A stretch of DNA of 63,908 bases, counting the filler, from Perkinsus chesapeaki ATCC PRA-425 (Eukaryota > Protista > Perkinsozoa): the NCBI GenBank assembly GCA_013115145.1. It is 4 parts of 4 records of this genome, joined end to end, with 100 filler letters (N's around TTAATTAATTAA, not from the genome) between each part and the next. Parts side by side here need not be neighbours in the genome. Positions count along the whole stretch, not along the records: positions 1 to 26,989 come from JAAPAO010000500.1; 3 more parts are not named here. One strand, written 5' to 3'. The notes beneath the pieces were generated by a model. It did no database searches, was not told the DNA's origin, and was given only the letters and a program-made list of their open reading frames with translations. The position numbers and the translations under genes were made by a program. Shown here piece after piece: positions 1-11,714 of the stretch; within the stretch, counting starts at the first letter, position 1, and each line of letters begins with the position of its first letter.

Positions 1-415
1 AGTAAATGTCACATGTATTCTGGACTGTCGCTGGATCTACAGTAGTGACGGCAGCCGTGCTGACAACCGTTGTAGGGGCGGTTGTAGTAGCAACCGTTGT
101 AGGGGCGGTTGTAGTAGCAACCGTTGTAGGGGCAGCTGTGGTAGCAACCGTTGTAGGGGCGGCTGTGGTAGCAACCGTTGTAGGGGCAGCTGTGGTAGCA
201 ACCGTTGTAGGGGCAGCTGTGGTAGCAACTGTTGTAGGGGTAGCTGTGGTAGCAACTGTAGTAGGGGCGGCTGTGGTACCAACTGTAGATGGCACAACTG
301 TGGTGACAATCGTTGAAGGGGCCGCTGTCGTTGAAACCGGAGTACTAACTTGAAGTTCACGGAGCCTGGCGTAGACCACGGCGAGAGTGCACGATAAGGA
401 GAAGAATCTGGTCAT
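1..415 (-). CDS. Secreted mucin-like Thr/Ala-rich repeat protein (3' end runs off the window)
   Basis: ATG at 415 gives MTRFFSLSCTLAVVYA (signal-peptide-like), then about 7 copies of a 27-bp unit encoding TTAAPTTVA. The frame stays open to position 1 (...TVDPATVQNTCDIY). Both listed ORFs here are alternative frames of the repeat. Confidence 0.75.
   Translation of the reverse strand, partial: MTRFFSLSCTLAVVYARLRELQVSTPVSTTAAPSTIVTTVVPSTVGTTAAPTTVATTATPTTVATTAAPTTVATTAAPTTVATTAAPTTVATTAAPTTVATTTAPTTVATTTAPTTVVSTAAVTTVDPATVQNTCDIY
60..290 (-). repeat. 27-bp coding tandem repeat (TTAAPTTVA)
   Basis: Repeated gcaaccgttgtaggggc(a/g)gctgtggta, read directly. Confidence 0.9.
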
Positions 416-1153
416 GACTAAGAGCGAGAATAAAACTTGAGTTACCGGAAGATCACAGCTGATAGAGGCTTTCAATCCCACTACTTCGGATAGGCGACTA
501 TCAACTCAATGGTAGTTGATCGATGTGATGTATCTGAAACGGAAAGATTCTTCGTGAAAGCTGCCGAGTGCGAAAAGATACTAGATCGCCCAAGACACAA
601 AAGCAGATCAGAAACTCTGAATAACGGGGCGACTCCCTAGTCATTGGGTAAATACATAGCTGAAGTTAATAGCCTGCATTCAGTTGAGAGGGGCAAGCAG
701 AATCAACCTCACGCCGTCGTCTCAGTCATCGCAGTAAGTGTGTTTTGCAGTCCTGAAGAGACTACCACAGTAGTAGTCCTTTTGTTCCTCTCATTATCGA
801 GCCTGCATACGCTGTGTTATCCAGCCTACTTGTGTTCGCATGTTAGCGTTGGATAGCACCGTTTACGATTAATATCAACATCTCTGCTCACTCCCCTCAC
901 CTCTGACCTACCAGTTGAGGTCAGCGCAACTCCGCAAAGTCTATCGAGACCTTTGTAATAAGGCCTCCCTTGCTTACTAATGCTCTGACCTTTTAATGAT
1001 CGTAGCGCTGCTTTACAGCTCTCCGCTATGAGTTCTAGTTTTTGGCCGAAAGGAACCTTGGGTAACGCCGCGTTGGTGACGGGAGAACTTCTGCTCCCTA
1101 ACTCGGCCTAGCTCAGAACTCCACACTCAACATACGGCTAATTATGAAACTGT

Positions 1154-2216
1154 TCAAAATCTACCGGAGGCCTCTGACAAGCGGAAGTACGCACTGAGAG
1201 TAGATTGAGTGAAGGCCCTTGTCAGCTTGTACTGCACTTCTGCTTCAACTGGGCCGTCAGGGATTGTAGGATACCGACTCACTTCCTGAGAAAGATTGAT
1301 GGTAACACGATCTTCGAGAATTAGAAGTACTTTGCCTCCCTTATACAAGACTAAGGTTGGGAGCTGGACCGACTTTAGCTTAGGATCAATATTCTGCGAG
1401 AATGCAGCATCCGGCCATCTGTCCACGTCGACCAAACCAAACGAAAGTCGATCGCTGGTATACTTCTCAGCGAGGGATGCGAAGATGAAAGTAGCCTCTA
1501 CTGCTGTTGGTAACGAGGGGCAGTAAAAGAGTACAAGCCATTGAGAGGGCACCTTCGCGGCAGCACCATTCGAACCTGACGCGTCTATCACGATCGAATA
1601 GAATAGTCATCTTGAACCTTTCTTGCGTTCCGGTTCCGAGAGCACCCGGTTATTCATATCACTAGAGCCGGCAATGTACTCTACAGATCGAGGACCTGAA
1701 GCTCATAGGTCGCTCCGGAAGTTGAGACAGAGTAGCTTACCCGAATACTTTGGATGTCCTGCCACAACCCACACCATAAAGCATGCCAAGGTGAACCTTA
1801 GAGGGACTGAGTATACATGGAGTAACCAGATACCTTACCACGCGAACAGGAAGGTATCGACAAAGTAGAGTACAGCCACGCAATACGAAAGGGTGAGAGT
1901 GAGGAAGGTGGCAACCTGACCAAAGGATAATGGATGACATTACCGGGCTAATAAACACCTTAAGCTCGAACACTGGTCTCTTGGAGACTCGATTAATCGA
2001 TATCATGGCAGTTAGCAGTAGCAGTATGACTTCCTTATTGATGCCAGTCCTGGGAGTAACCGTCAAGCGGAGCGCAACGAACAGTTCGGCTTACGACTCA
2101 TCAATCGCTTCTCCAAATGCCTTACGATAGACGATTCGCAGTGTTATATAAACCGCAATGAGACCCACCCGATACGTGTAATACGGACCGCGTATTCGGC
2201 TTACAAGCTGAGACAT
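1154..2216 (-). CDS. TMX2: Thioredoxin-related transmembrane protein 2-like (multi-exon)
   Basis: Exons give MSQLVSRIRGPYY..., hydrophobic segments, and WLVLFYCPSLPT...FASLAEKYTSDRLSFGLVDVDRWPD...QLPTLVLYKGGK. This matches the TMX2 non-CxxC thioredoxin domain. Confidence 0.8.
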
Positions 2217-2394
2217 CTTTTACGGACAACTGCCAGCTTCTCTGCAACTTGAGCAGAGGTCGACCCAATGACCACAGTAGCTACTGCGCCGTCTTACTAA
2301 TCATAACGCAAGACATTTTCGAAGAGGAATAAAATATACATAATCGATCACAAGGGTAACAGTGAAGGTGAAGTTCTTTTAAAGATAGAGGTGC

Positions 2395-4330
2395 TCATAC
2401 CACACCATGATTCCTGTTCCACTCGACAAGATCGTTGATGCTTTCACCAGTACTGGATGGTCTGATAACCTTGAGCGCCTCCGTGAAGTTGTCCAACATC
2501 AGCGGGGGGAGATCTTCCGGTTTCATCGTCCTCACCTAGCATTCGAGATAGTCATAGCTCAGTGCCAAAGGCTGCCACCCACCTTGTCCATTTTAAGACT
2601 CCTCATGCTCGACATTGCCGCCTCACGACAGAGCTGGTTCAGATCTGAGTGGCTGTAGTTGTCGGTCGCTGCCACTATCTCTACAAAGGGCTTTGCAATA
2701 CCACTCTCATCTGCTATTTCCTACTTTCAATATCTCTATTTGTAATCTTACTGTTTGGCACATCTCCCACCAGCTTCTTTATCGCCTGCACAAACCACCT
2801 TACAGGTTCCTCCAGCAGCCTGAAGACCTACTGCAGCTCGAGTTGCTGGCTCCGGCAATGGAACGTAAATCCGTTTAGGAAATCGTCTCAGAACAGCTTC
2901 ATCCAAGTCCATCGGCCGATTCGTTGCAGCCAAAACCACCACGCGCCGACCATCCCCTGTGTCTTGGTGAATACCGTCCAGCTGGATCTGACCAGCGGCT
3001 TCCACTCGTCACCTGCATCGCTCCGCCTACCAACATTTCCGTTTTTAATCTCCGTGTAGCCTCATGGTCGTTGCCACCTGTAGTCGTCATAATCTCCTAG
3101 CCATCAGTATCCTAGCCCGTTCACCTCTCTTGCCGAGTATCGAGTCCACTTCATCCATAAAAATAACACTCGGGGCCCGAGCCCTGGCGACAGTAAACAA
3201 GTCTCGAACCATCTTCTCATCCTCACCATGCCATCGGGAAGTCAGAGCCGATGCCTAATAAACCCCTAGCAAGTGTGATACGCGGAACCTTGCCAGACCT
3301 ACACTGACACTGAAGAAAGTGACGTCCTTGCACTGACTGGCTACAGCTTTGGCAAGATGCGTCTTACCATTTCCGGGTGGACCGAATAGCAGCAGACCCA
3401 ACGGGGGTGCACGAAGGCCGGTGAAGAGCTGGAGGTCCAGACTATCAGAGGATGCCTCGACACCTCGATCTACCTGTGGGTTGAGGCTGGGCAGTATTAT
3501 CATCTCCATCAGGTGCCTCTTGGGCTCCTCCAGTCCCACAACATCATCCCACTTAACTCCCGTTACTGATACTATCAACGACTCTATCTCACTCTGATGT
3601 GACGCCGTGACGCCTCCACCATTGGATGAGCCACTAGCAGCAGCCTGAGCACAAACCGAACTACCCCCTGGCCGAACTACCACACTTACTACCTCAGCTG
3701 CTACAGGACGGCGTACACCCGGAGCCGCACGTCGTGCCATTGGACCGCGTTCCCTATAGACCATCCTAGGCCTAGTGGGGTTCGTCACAGCCGTATGGTT
3801 CTGAAGTTCATAATATTAAACCAGTATCGATCTGTCATACTTTCGCGGCTATCTTTCTCCTAAGTTCCTCTACTCGTCGAGAAAAGGTAAAACACACCTC
3901 CTCAACATCTGCGTTAGAAACGTCCTTCGACAAGGTAATAGCGTATTCGTACCTGATAATGGTTTACCAACTGTTGGCATAGAATCCGTCTAAATGCATC
4001 GCTGAAGCCTTGCTAGAGTGCTGCTGAGCTATACTTCCCCGAAAAGACGTGACGTTGCCTTGACAATGGCCCCGTAACCAATAGCGCAGAAAACGCGACA
4101 TCGTTCGAAATTTCATTAGTGATTATTTCCACGCGTCTTATGGTACGGAATTGGCGGTAAAATAATACACAGTAGCTCCGTCTATTACTGCCGTATTGCC
4201 TCCAAATCTCGCCCTCCCTCCTCCAGTGTCTTAGCTGCCTCCCCAGCCTCTATGAACTTGAGCAGATGTGCCCTAGCCTCGGCGTCGGGGATCCTCTTGC
4301 CTGACGACGGCGTGGTGGAAGAGAGGAAGA
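2395..4330 (-). CDS. Spastin-like microtubule-severing AAA ATPase (multi-exon; start approximate)
   Basis: [13 protein letters not shown], Walker A GPPGNGKT, Walker [37 protein letters not shown], and a C-terminal ...[11 protein letters not shown] (stop at 2395-2397). A MIT-like exon lies near 4200-4310. Confidence 0.85.
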
Positions 4331-4519
4331 ATTAATAACAATTGCTGGGAGGTTTATTACTTCGACGCTCACATAAAGACATGAACCATTTTATTAAGGT
4401 GAGTATCATTACAAGCCATTTGCAGCATTAACCTCAACTCTCAACGCAAGTAAAATGCACTCAGTCTTATCAATTTTCCATCAAGTGTTATCAATATAGT
4501 ACATGCCATTCGACGGTCA

Positions 4520-5295
4520 TTAAGCCGGACGGTAAGAGCTATCTGCATTGAACCGGGACGCATCGTCATCTTCAAGCCGTTGCAACGTAGTAGATGTGCC
4601 TACACACGTACAGTAAGATACTTCCTATCTTCTCTTCTCATACCGTCCCCAACATCGAGCATAGCACCAGTAATAGGGTCCTCTATCATAAAGCCGTGGG
4701 CAATGTCACCATCGCTGTCGACGTACACTGGAGTGTCGGGCACTATTTTTGCTGCATTAACCTAGTGATGGTCTGCTGCTGGGCGAGAAGGTTCCGACCA
4801 TTCTACCTCGTTGAATTCAGTGCTAAGGCGTTCCCTTATAACAGGCACACCATCGGCCTCTGCATTATTTCCTGTACCGCTGCGTTTAATTCCCGATCCG
4901 CTGGTTGGCCGACCAATAGGTGACTTCGGCACTTCCTCACCAGTCGGCGACTCTAACAAGGGACCAAGCTACCGCCCTACTATACACGCGTATGCCGTCT
5001 TGATGGAACTTCTTATACACCACCCGCCCCACCATTATGGGGGCCCCATACTACCTGGCGCAACTTTGCGCAGATTCGGCGACACTGTCTTAGGCGATGC
5101 ATGGCGAAAAGATTCAGGTATCTCCCTCACCTTCTGAAAAGTCACCAATAACCACGCACTGACTACGTCCCTCACTTTGGCTTGTTGACCTCCCGGTGCC
5201 GCCGCTGTATCCGACTCCTCTGGATGGCTTTCCTTTACTGATGGCGGCGTCCGGCCTATCCTAAGATACTTCCCCGACGATTGCCCGCATCCCAT
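4520..5295 (-). CDS. Hypothetical protein with N-terminal dual-acylation motif (MGCGQSS); multi-exon, 3' end approximate
   Basis: ORF 5035-5295 begins MGCGQSS. Downstream exons in ORF 4762-4959 and near 4600-4770 are S/P-rich. Confidence 0.55.
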
Positions 5296-5416
5296 AATTT
5301 AAACTCACCAACACTGGAACGGCGAGTCTCGCGGAAATAACTCGGCGAGCAAGAATTTTGTGGCGCGCAAGAAGTTAATGCTACTCTCCCACTAGTAACG
5401 TCTACCCTACTATATC

Positions 5417-5505
5417 ACCGTAGCCATCCATTTTGACTCAAGGTAAATATCCGGTCTAATCGCTATGCTGCAGCCGAAAGATTGATGCTAGTGACGATCC
5501 TTTTT
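5417..5505 (+). ncRNA. Spliced-leader (SL) RNA gene, Perkinsus/dinoflagellate type
   Basis: ACCGTAGCCATCCATTTTGACTCAAG (5417-5442) is followed immediately by a GT donor (GTAAAT), about 60 nt of structured intron and a T5 run (5501-5505). It shares the ACCGTAGCCAT...CTCAAG ends of the known Perkinsus/dino SL and has an Sm-like ATTTTGA in the exon. Confidence 0.8.
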
Positions 5506-5749
5506 ATGGAGTAACACGCATATTCTTAATCGCGGTGAGTGATTATGGAAATAATCGCGGTTCGATAGAATAGTATAACCTGCGCTAAGTGAATGATGAT
5601 ATAGTAGCAAGTTGGTATATCATAACGGCACTTGTCACATGTTAGTTGATACCTTGCCTATATACTGTATATAACTTATATAGAACCTTGTATATAACCT
5701 TGATACTGTAACTAGAACACCACTGTACGAAGGAAACAACTTAACGTTA

Positions 5750-8700
5750 ACAGGCGTAATAACAGCATACTAATTGGGGTAACGATGACGGCATAGCTGG
5801 AGGAGTAGCTCCCCGTGTAACGACAGGTCTTCATTTGAACGTTGTTGATCAGGGGATGCGTGCAGCAACACCTGGTAGAGGAAATGGAACGGAAGGAGAG
5901 GTAGGAACATTGACCTGCTGATAAAGCCCTATTGCGGCGCCAAGAACGAGAGACTTCCATTGCCGTTCCTCGGCCTCTTCAGCCAGTGCAATATCCAGAG
6001 CAATCTCGTCTCTGTTACATAACTCTCCAATGGACCTAATCACAGCGCCCTTCCCATACAGTGCCACACGCGCCCTACTTGATGGCCCCACCGCTCTGTT
6101 GACTTGTCGAATCCAGCTCCTCACATATAGCTTCCACGAGGCCTAATGGTCCTGAAGTCCGAAGAGGTATTTAAAGTCAGCCAAAGGCTTCGGCGGCCTC
6201 ACCGTCTTTGTTGTATCTGAACTCCAAGTCGCTCGCTACTTCTCCAACTTGCTGATCCTGCTTGAGATGATCGAACGCCGATTTATAGAGATGTGTCAAC
6301 TCTTCGTCCTCAGCCAAGCGTTTGAGATACGGCCTCAACTCGCGCCAGTATCTAAAGCTATGCTTAACCGCGGTAGCCTGGGAAGGGTCACCTTTCATCC
6401 CATCCAAGTGCCCACTGCCCGAACATGTCATCCGACGGCTCGTCAACGGAAGCCCGCAATCGACGCCTAGGAGGCTTCACCGGTGGGTCCGACATCACTG
6501 TTATGGTGCGTTCTGTTTTAGTGTCCGACTACTAGATAACGCAACAGAGCTCAAGTCAACATCTAATGTCATATGAACACATCACATTAAAAGTTGCATG
6601 GAGTTGGCGGCTAGGAAATCAGAAGGTCTCTCACTCCGCCGGAGGCCATATCCCTCCTCTTCCTCTGAGATGCCGATCTGATCACAAATGATGCAAACCT
6701 CGACGGAAATACGACAGCTCACTCCCGGCAACTGGCGGCAGATGTCGGTGAACCTCTGTGGTAGGACGCGCTCGCCCAGTCCATATTAGTGGCATACGCC
6801 GACCTGCTTCTAACAGGTGAATCGACTGCTGGCGTGGGAGACCCTAACCAAGGGGGCGAGGGTAATGGTAAGCCAACACAGCAGTTTGTTACCGAAGAGA
6901 TCAGAGTAGTGTGGCTCGCGATGCCTTCTGGAGTCAGCCTGACGCTCCTGTAACCTGAACACTTGTCTACTCGCCCATTAGGATGATCGAAGGCCCTTAC
7001 TTCTTATCAACCACTATCTGCTGCAAAGACGATATAGTGGACTTGTCCAGAGTTTTATGGCCCAGTAGCGGTCCAATAGAGCAGGTTGCAGAACCCTGGG
7101 AGAAAAAAGCTTCAATTCCGATCCACGCCATGCAGCTTACCGCTCCTCGAGACGGTGACGAGGCCCCTGCTGGGGGAGGCCTCGTCTCGCCCATCGATCG
7201 AGCCTTCCCGAAGTGCCCCGCCTCGATCCTCTTCTTTACCGGGCGAGGCATCGCTGATCTCGGAGAGGTATACCGGCCGCTGACAGCATTCAAGTGATGC
7301 ATCAACCAGCGACCAAACATCCCACCTTACGCCGCGGCCTCGGTGACCAGAACCGGTGGGGGAGAGGCCGAAGATAGTGTTGCTGCCTTCTAGAGTTCGT
7401 CGCCTCATTTGCAAAGGTGTTGGAGCCGATATCTCCTTCCGCAGTGGAGTTCTTAAGCGATCATTCACCTAACCCACCAGCGAATGATCGCCGATGGACC
7501 AACCGCAGCTTCACCTCGGCCAGGACGCATGTCTGGACTTCCGGATGATAGACTTTTCTCTCATCATCCGCGAAAATATTGCTGAAAGAGTGGTACCTGA
7601 TAGGGAGGCCTATAGATGCTCCCTGTGCTGCAGAGGTACACTAGCTTCCTCTGCCTTGCCGATATCGGCGCTGGAGCCAAGGGATGCAAAGGGGGGACCA
7701 TTACAAACAACTCACCACAAACTCCACCCCATTCTAAAACGCAGCGCTCTACGACATAGAGATCTGCATTAAAGCGCTCACTGTCGCCATGGTATTGTTA
7801 GTATCACCATCACTGCTGCCGCTGCCACCTACCCGCCGTGCGAGAACACCTGCGAGCTGAACAAGTCCAAATGCTTCATTTGTCGAGCAGTCAGAGGAGG
7901 AGCACCGATGGACCTGATAGATGGATACACCAATAACATCGGATTCGGTTCGATTGGCCGAACGAACTTTCTGCCGTACAACATCCATATCGGGAAAGGA
8001 GCCCTACCGCCGCCCTACTCTCTGTGATGTCTTCGACGATCAATCTCTGTGGCTGAATTGAGGAACCCTCCCCTCTTGCCACAAGTAAACATAACTTCAT
8101 CCTTGAAGTTCTAAATCCTCAAAGCTCATCATCGACACCTAATCGTCCTACCGCAACACTATCGGATGCTGCTGGGCCTATGGCTTCACTGGCTCGACGC
8201 CGAGCCTTCCTCATTGCCGAAATTGCCTCATCTGCAGCTCCCCTGTTAGTGACACCTCAACGAAGGTACATTCAGCCGAGTCCGTAAGAAGGGTGTCCAG
8301 CGAGGTCTGCAGCTCCATCTGCCGCGTACGGCGTCGCATACCCTCCACTACCACCACCCTACCGCATACGTTACAAACTAACGCCGACCCCACCAACCTG
8401 TTATGCCGGCGACCAAGCTCCCTAGAAGGGTCGAACCACGGCTTCTTGGGATCGTTCTTAAAGTCTATAACATCACCCATATTGAAGTTGTCCGTAGTAG
8501 GCAGGCAGTTGGCATCGTACAACACTGAGACCACCACCATCATCACGCAGCAGCGCCACCGTCACCCGAGGGGACCCACCGCTGCTTCGGGCCTTCTCCA
8601 CGGTATCGTCTCCAGCGAGCATCCGAGCCTTCTTCTCTCGAGCACTCATCATCACCATACCCGGCCCGGGGCCTGGGACCTCTGGGTGAACGGCGTCTCG

Positions 8701-8800
8701 AATCGAAGCTGATCGCCACCACAACAGAAGGTCAGCCCTATCTAGTTCAGCACTCTTCTCAGCGCATCAGTACTGGACCAGCACTGCTGCTGGCGGCAGG
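5750..8800 (-). CDS. One or more multi-exon hypothetical proteins (limits approximate)
   Basis: Chain of GC-rich minus-strand ORF segments (5849-6124, 6177-6446, 8211-8546 and others) separated by short intron-like gaps. No family recognised. Confidence 0.4.
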
Positions 8801-9239
8801 CTATGAAATCCCCTCTCACCAACAAGTACAAGCGATAAACTATGAGTATATTGCTATAAGGCATTCTCACATCGTAAATATATTACGATATTCGACCATG
8901 AATCATCAAATAATATATTACCTAAAGTCCTTTCCTGCTCGACTGGGTCATAACTGACCAGACACTGCTTTACCAGGCAACCTCAAGAATCTTACAGATT
9001 CGTGCCGTTGAAGATGTTCGAATGCATGTGAATGTGACGCCTCTCCCGCGCCGTCAGATCCGAGGGACGCCTCAACCCCTCATTAGACCAGCTCTGGTGA
9101 GAAGGATGCATTACCGATACACCAACAGTGAACTGCGTCTTCTAGATCACGAATTGATCATAGCGCAACAACTAAGAGTTAGAAAAAGGGTTTACAGTGA
9201 GAAATTTCAGAATACCGATCACAAGGGTCAAAAAACGCC

Positions 9240-11612
9240 CTAGTCAATGACACCAATCAATTCGTCCCCGACGGATATCTCTACCAAATCTGCGGCCCCT
9301 CCGCCAGCGGTAGTTGCTTTTACAATGATACCCATAACTGGTTTACTGCTATCCGCCTTTGAAGCCAGGGCTGTCAGGGCCGACCGTCCAATTGCCGCAC
9401 CTGACCAAAATGACATGACTCACTCCTGAAATGAAGGCTTACATCGCACACAATGACGTTTGACAACAAGTGACACTGACTGCCGGCCAGCAGCGCAGGA
9501 CAGCATGCACTCATTCCAGGCGTACTCTCGACCAGGCGAACTGCCCTCAACCATCACATTTGCCCTGAAGATGCCAGCGTCCATCTCTACGCTGGTGCGC
9601 GATGCTTCAGCTGCTATCGTCGCCGTCGATACCACAAGCATGTCCTTGGGCGCCATACCCTCCACAGGCTTTATGGTGCAACCCTGTCCCAATACCAGAT
9701 CAGCAAATTCAGACAGTGACACAAGTTCGGCACCAGCCAGTTCCACTGCGTCAGGTACGTTCTGCAGCCTCATCATCGTGAGGAGAGCACTGCCGAACTC
9801 CCAGTCGACTAACTCGGTCATTTGAGCCATCACTGGTCGAGGCCCGGCGTCCGAGCGGAGCCACAGGCAACCTCTGGAGACGTCGAGAGCCGTGGTGATC
9901 GTTTTAAGCTTCGGGCCATACTTGCTGTTTTTACTATGTATAACTTTACCATCAGGAGTACAGGGAACAAACTGCCTGTCCAGCACCAGCCCACCGTGGG
10001 CAGCCGACAGCAACCACTTCTGCAGAGCAGCGCCAGTGGCATCGGTCAAACTACCAGCTCCCTTCACGGGATACACTGCTATCCCCGAGACCGTCGCTCC
10101 ATCAACACCGCACTCCGCGGCAAGATGGGAGCTACCGGCCTTTAGGTGCCTGGGCGGTGCCGCAGGCTCTGCGTCCAAGAACTCCGTGATGACGAGCTGT
10201 ATCCAGGCGTAGACGTCTGCCACCGTGCTCATATAGCCGAGACTTACCCGAACGAAGCCGCTCGGAGCAGGCTCATCCCTGCCACCACATACCCTTCCAG
10301 ACTCATAGTTCGTTCTCACGTCTCCATCACTTAATTTGAGCCATCTTTGACATGCGCCAGCATTGCAGCAGCACCCTGCCCGGACCAACAGGCCTCGGGT
10401 ATGAGCCAGAGCCTCTACCACGTCGAAGGGGATTGGCGTGCCCTCTGCCCATTGGTAGACCGCCGCCAGGGTCGGGCCTTGGGCCTCTGAGCTGCCATGA
10501 TTTCCCGCGATGATACGACAAAGCGGCTCTCCCGTTGCGTGGCGGAGACCACGAAGCTCCGAGTAAAGGAGGGAGATGAGACCTTGGACGTGCCGCCGGA
10601 GGTAGATCCAAGACGACTTCTCCGGGTAGGCAGCCAGAGCTGCGGGTAGCTGCTGGCAGATAGCCTGCCAGTTGATGGAGCCTCTCTCTAGGGCTTTAGC
10701 AATGCTAGCACTTCTGATACAAAAAGCGGAGGTTGCCGCGATAGCATCGACACTACCACCTCCAAAGTAACACTGACCGTCTGCAAGTGCACCCGCCAAC
10801 TTAGACACGGCGTCCATTCTAACGATCAACGCTCCAAGGCCTGTTGGGGCTCCGAATACCTTGTACAAAGATATCGCCACAAAGTCAGCCTCGAGCTCGG
10901 CTAGGTCCAGCCCGCCCGGTGTGCATGCCAACTTGGCAGCATCTAGCAGCACAGTGTAGCCTGCCGACTTGAGCTCGCGGACAGTTCCAGGCAAGTCCCT
11001 CGCCTTCGCTCCTGACAGGTTGCATTCCCCTGCTAACACATAGAGGCGTTCGGGGCCATCAGGCGACCTGGGAGGATGACCATTTAGCCAGTCGATATCG
11101 AGTGGACTGTCTATACTGGCCACACCGACAGCGCCGCGAGCTAGTGCACGAAGGCCAAGAGCCGAAGTGTGGGACTCTAGGGAGTAGACCAGAGCGGAGG
11201 ACGACTCTCCCAAGGGAAAGTGCTCTCCGACAATTTGGAGAGATTGCGTCGCTCCGCTCGTCCAAATTAAAATATGCGACTCGACGCTGCCGCCAAAGAA
11301 CTCGATGACGTGACGTCGAGTTTCCTGTACGAGTTGGCGAGACCTCCCGAAGCCCGTGTGAGGATTAACTATCGGCGTCGGGTCATAGAAACTCTCAGCC
11401 ATTGCCTTCGAACACTCTTCATTGACAGGAGCGCCGCCCGCCCAATCAAGGTAGTGCACGTCGGTGCTACTCACGAGCGACCGAGGCAGCTGGTCTGATC
11501 TCACCGTGCTCAACAGCGCTTGCTTCAAGTGAATGTTGCTGTCCTTGGTAAGAAACGATTTGAACTCGAATGGAATAGAGGAGAGAAACAGGAAGCCATC
11601 AGATGCCGACAT
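9240..11612 (-). CDS. MOCOS: Molybdenum cofactor sulfurase (class V PLP domain + MOSC domain)
   Basis: YLDWAGG, WTSGATQSL, LLDAAK, PLP-lysine motif SLYKVFGAPTGLGAL, catalytic RAGCCCNAGAC, MOSC_N IAVYPVKG, and FRANVMVEG...CVRC. One intron near 9418-9450 is followed by a terminal exon ...ISVGDELIGVID* (stop 9240-9242). Confidence 0.9.
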
Positions 11613-11714
11613 TACTGATCCGAGATATTACCACTTAAAGATTAAGCAAACACCGAGCTCGCCGACTGGTTAAGAAGAAACGTCTCAATTTCGGTCAGTC
11701 TAAACAGGTTAGTT

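Noticed and set aside
6-360. ORFs 6..353(+) and 37..360(-) as proteins
   Set aside because: Alternative-frame shadows of the TTAAP repeat gene, whose frame has the ATG and signal peptide.
9460-11498. Multiple plus-strand and alternative-frame ORFs overlapping the Moco sulfurase
   Set aside because: GC-rich antisense ORFs with no motifs; fully explained by the real gene.
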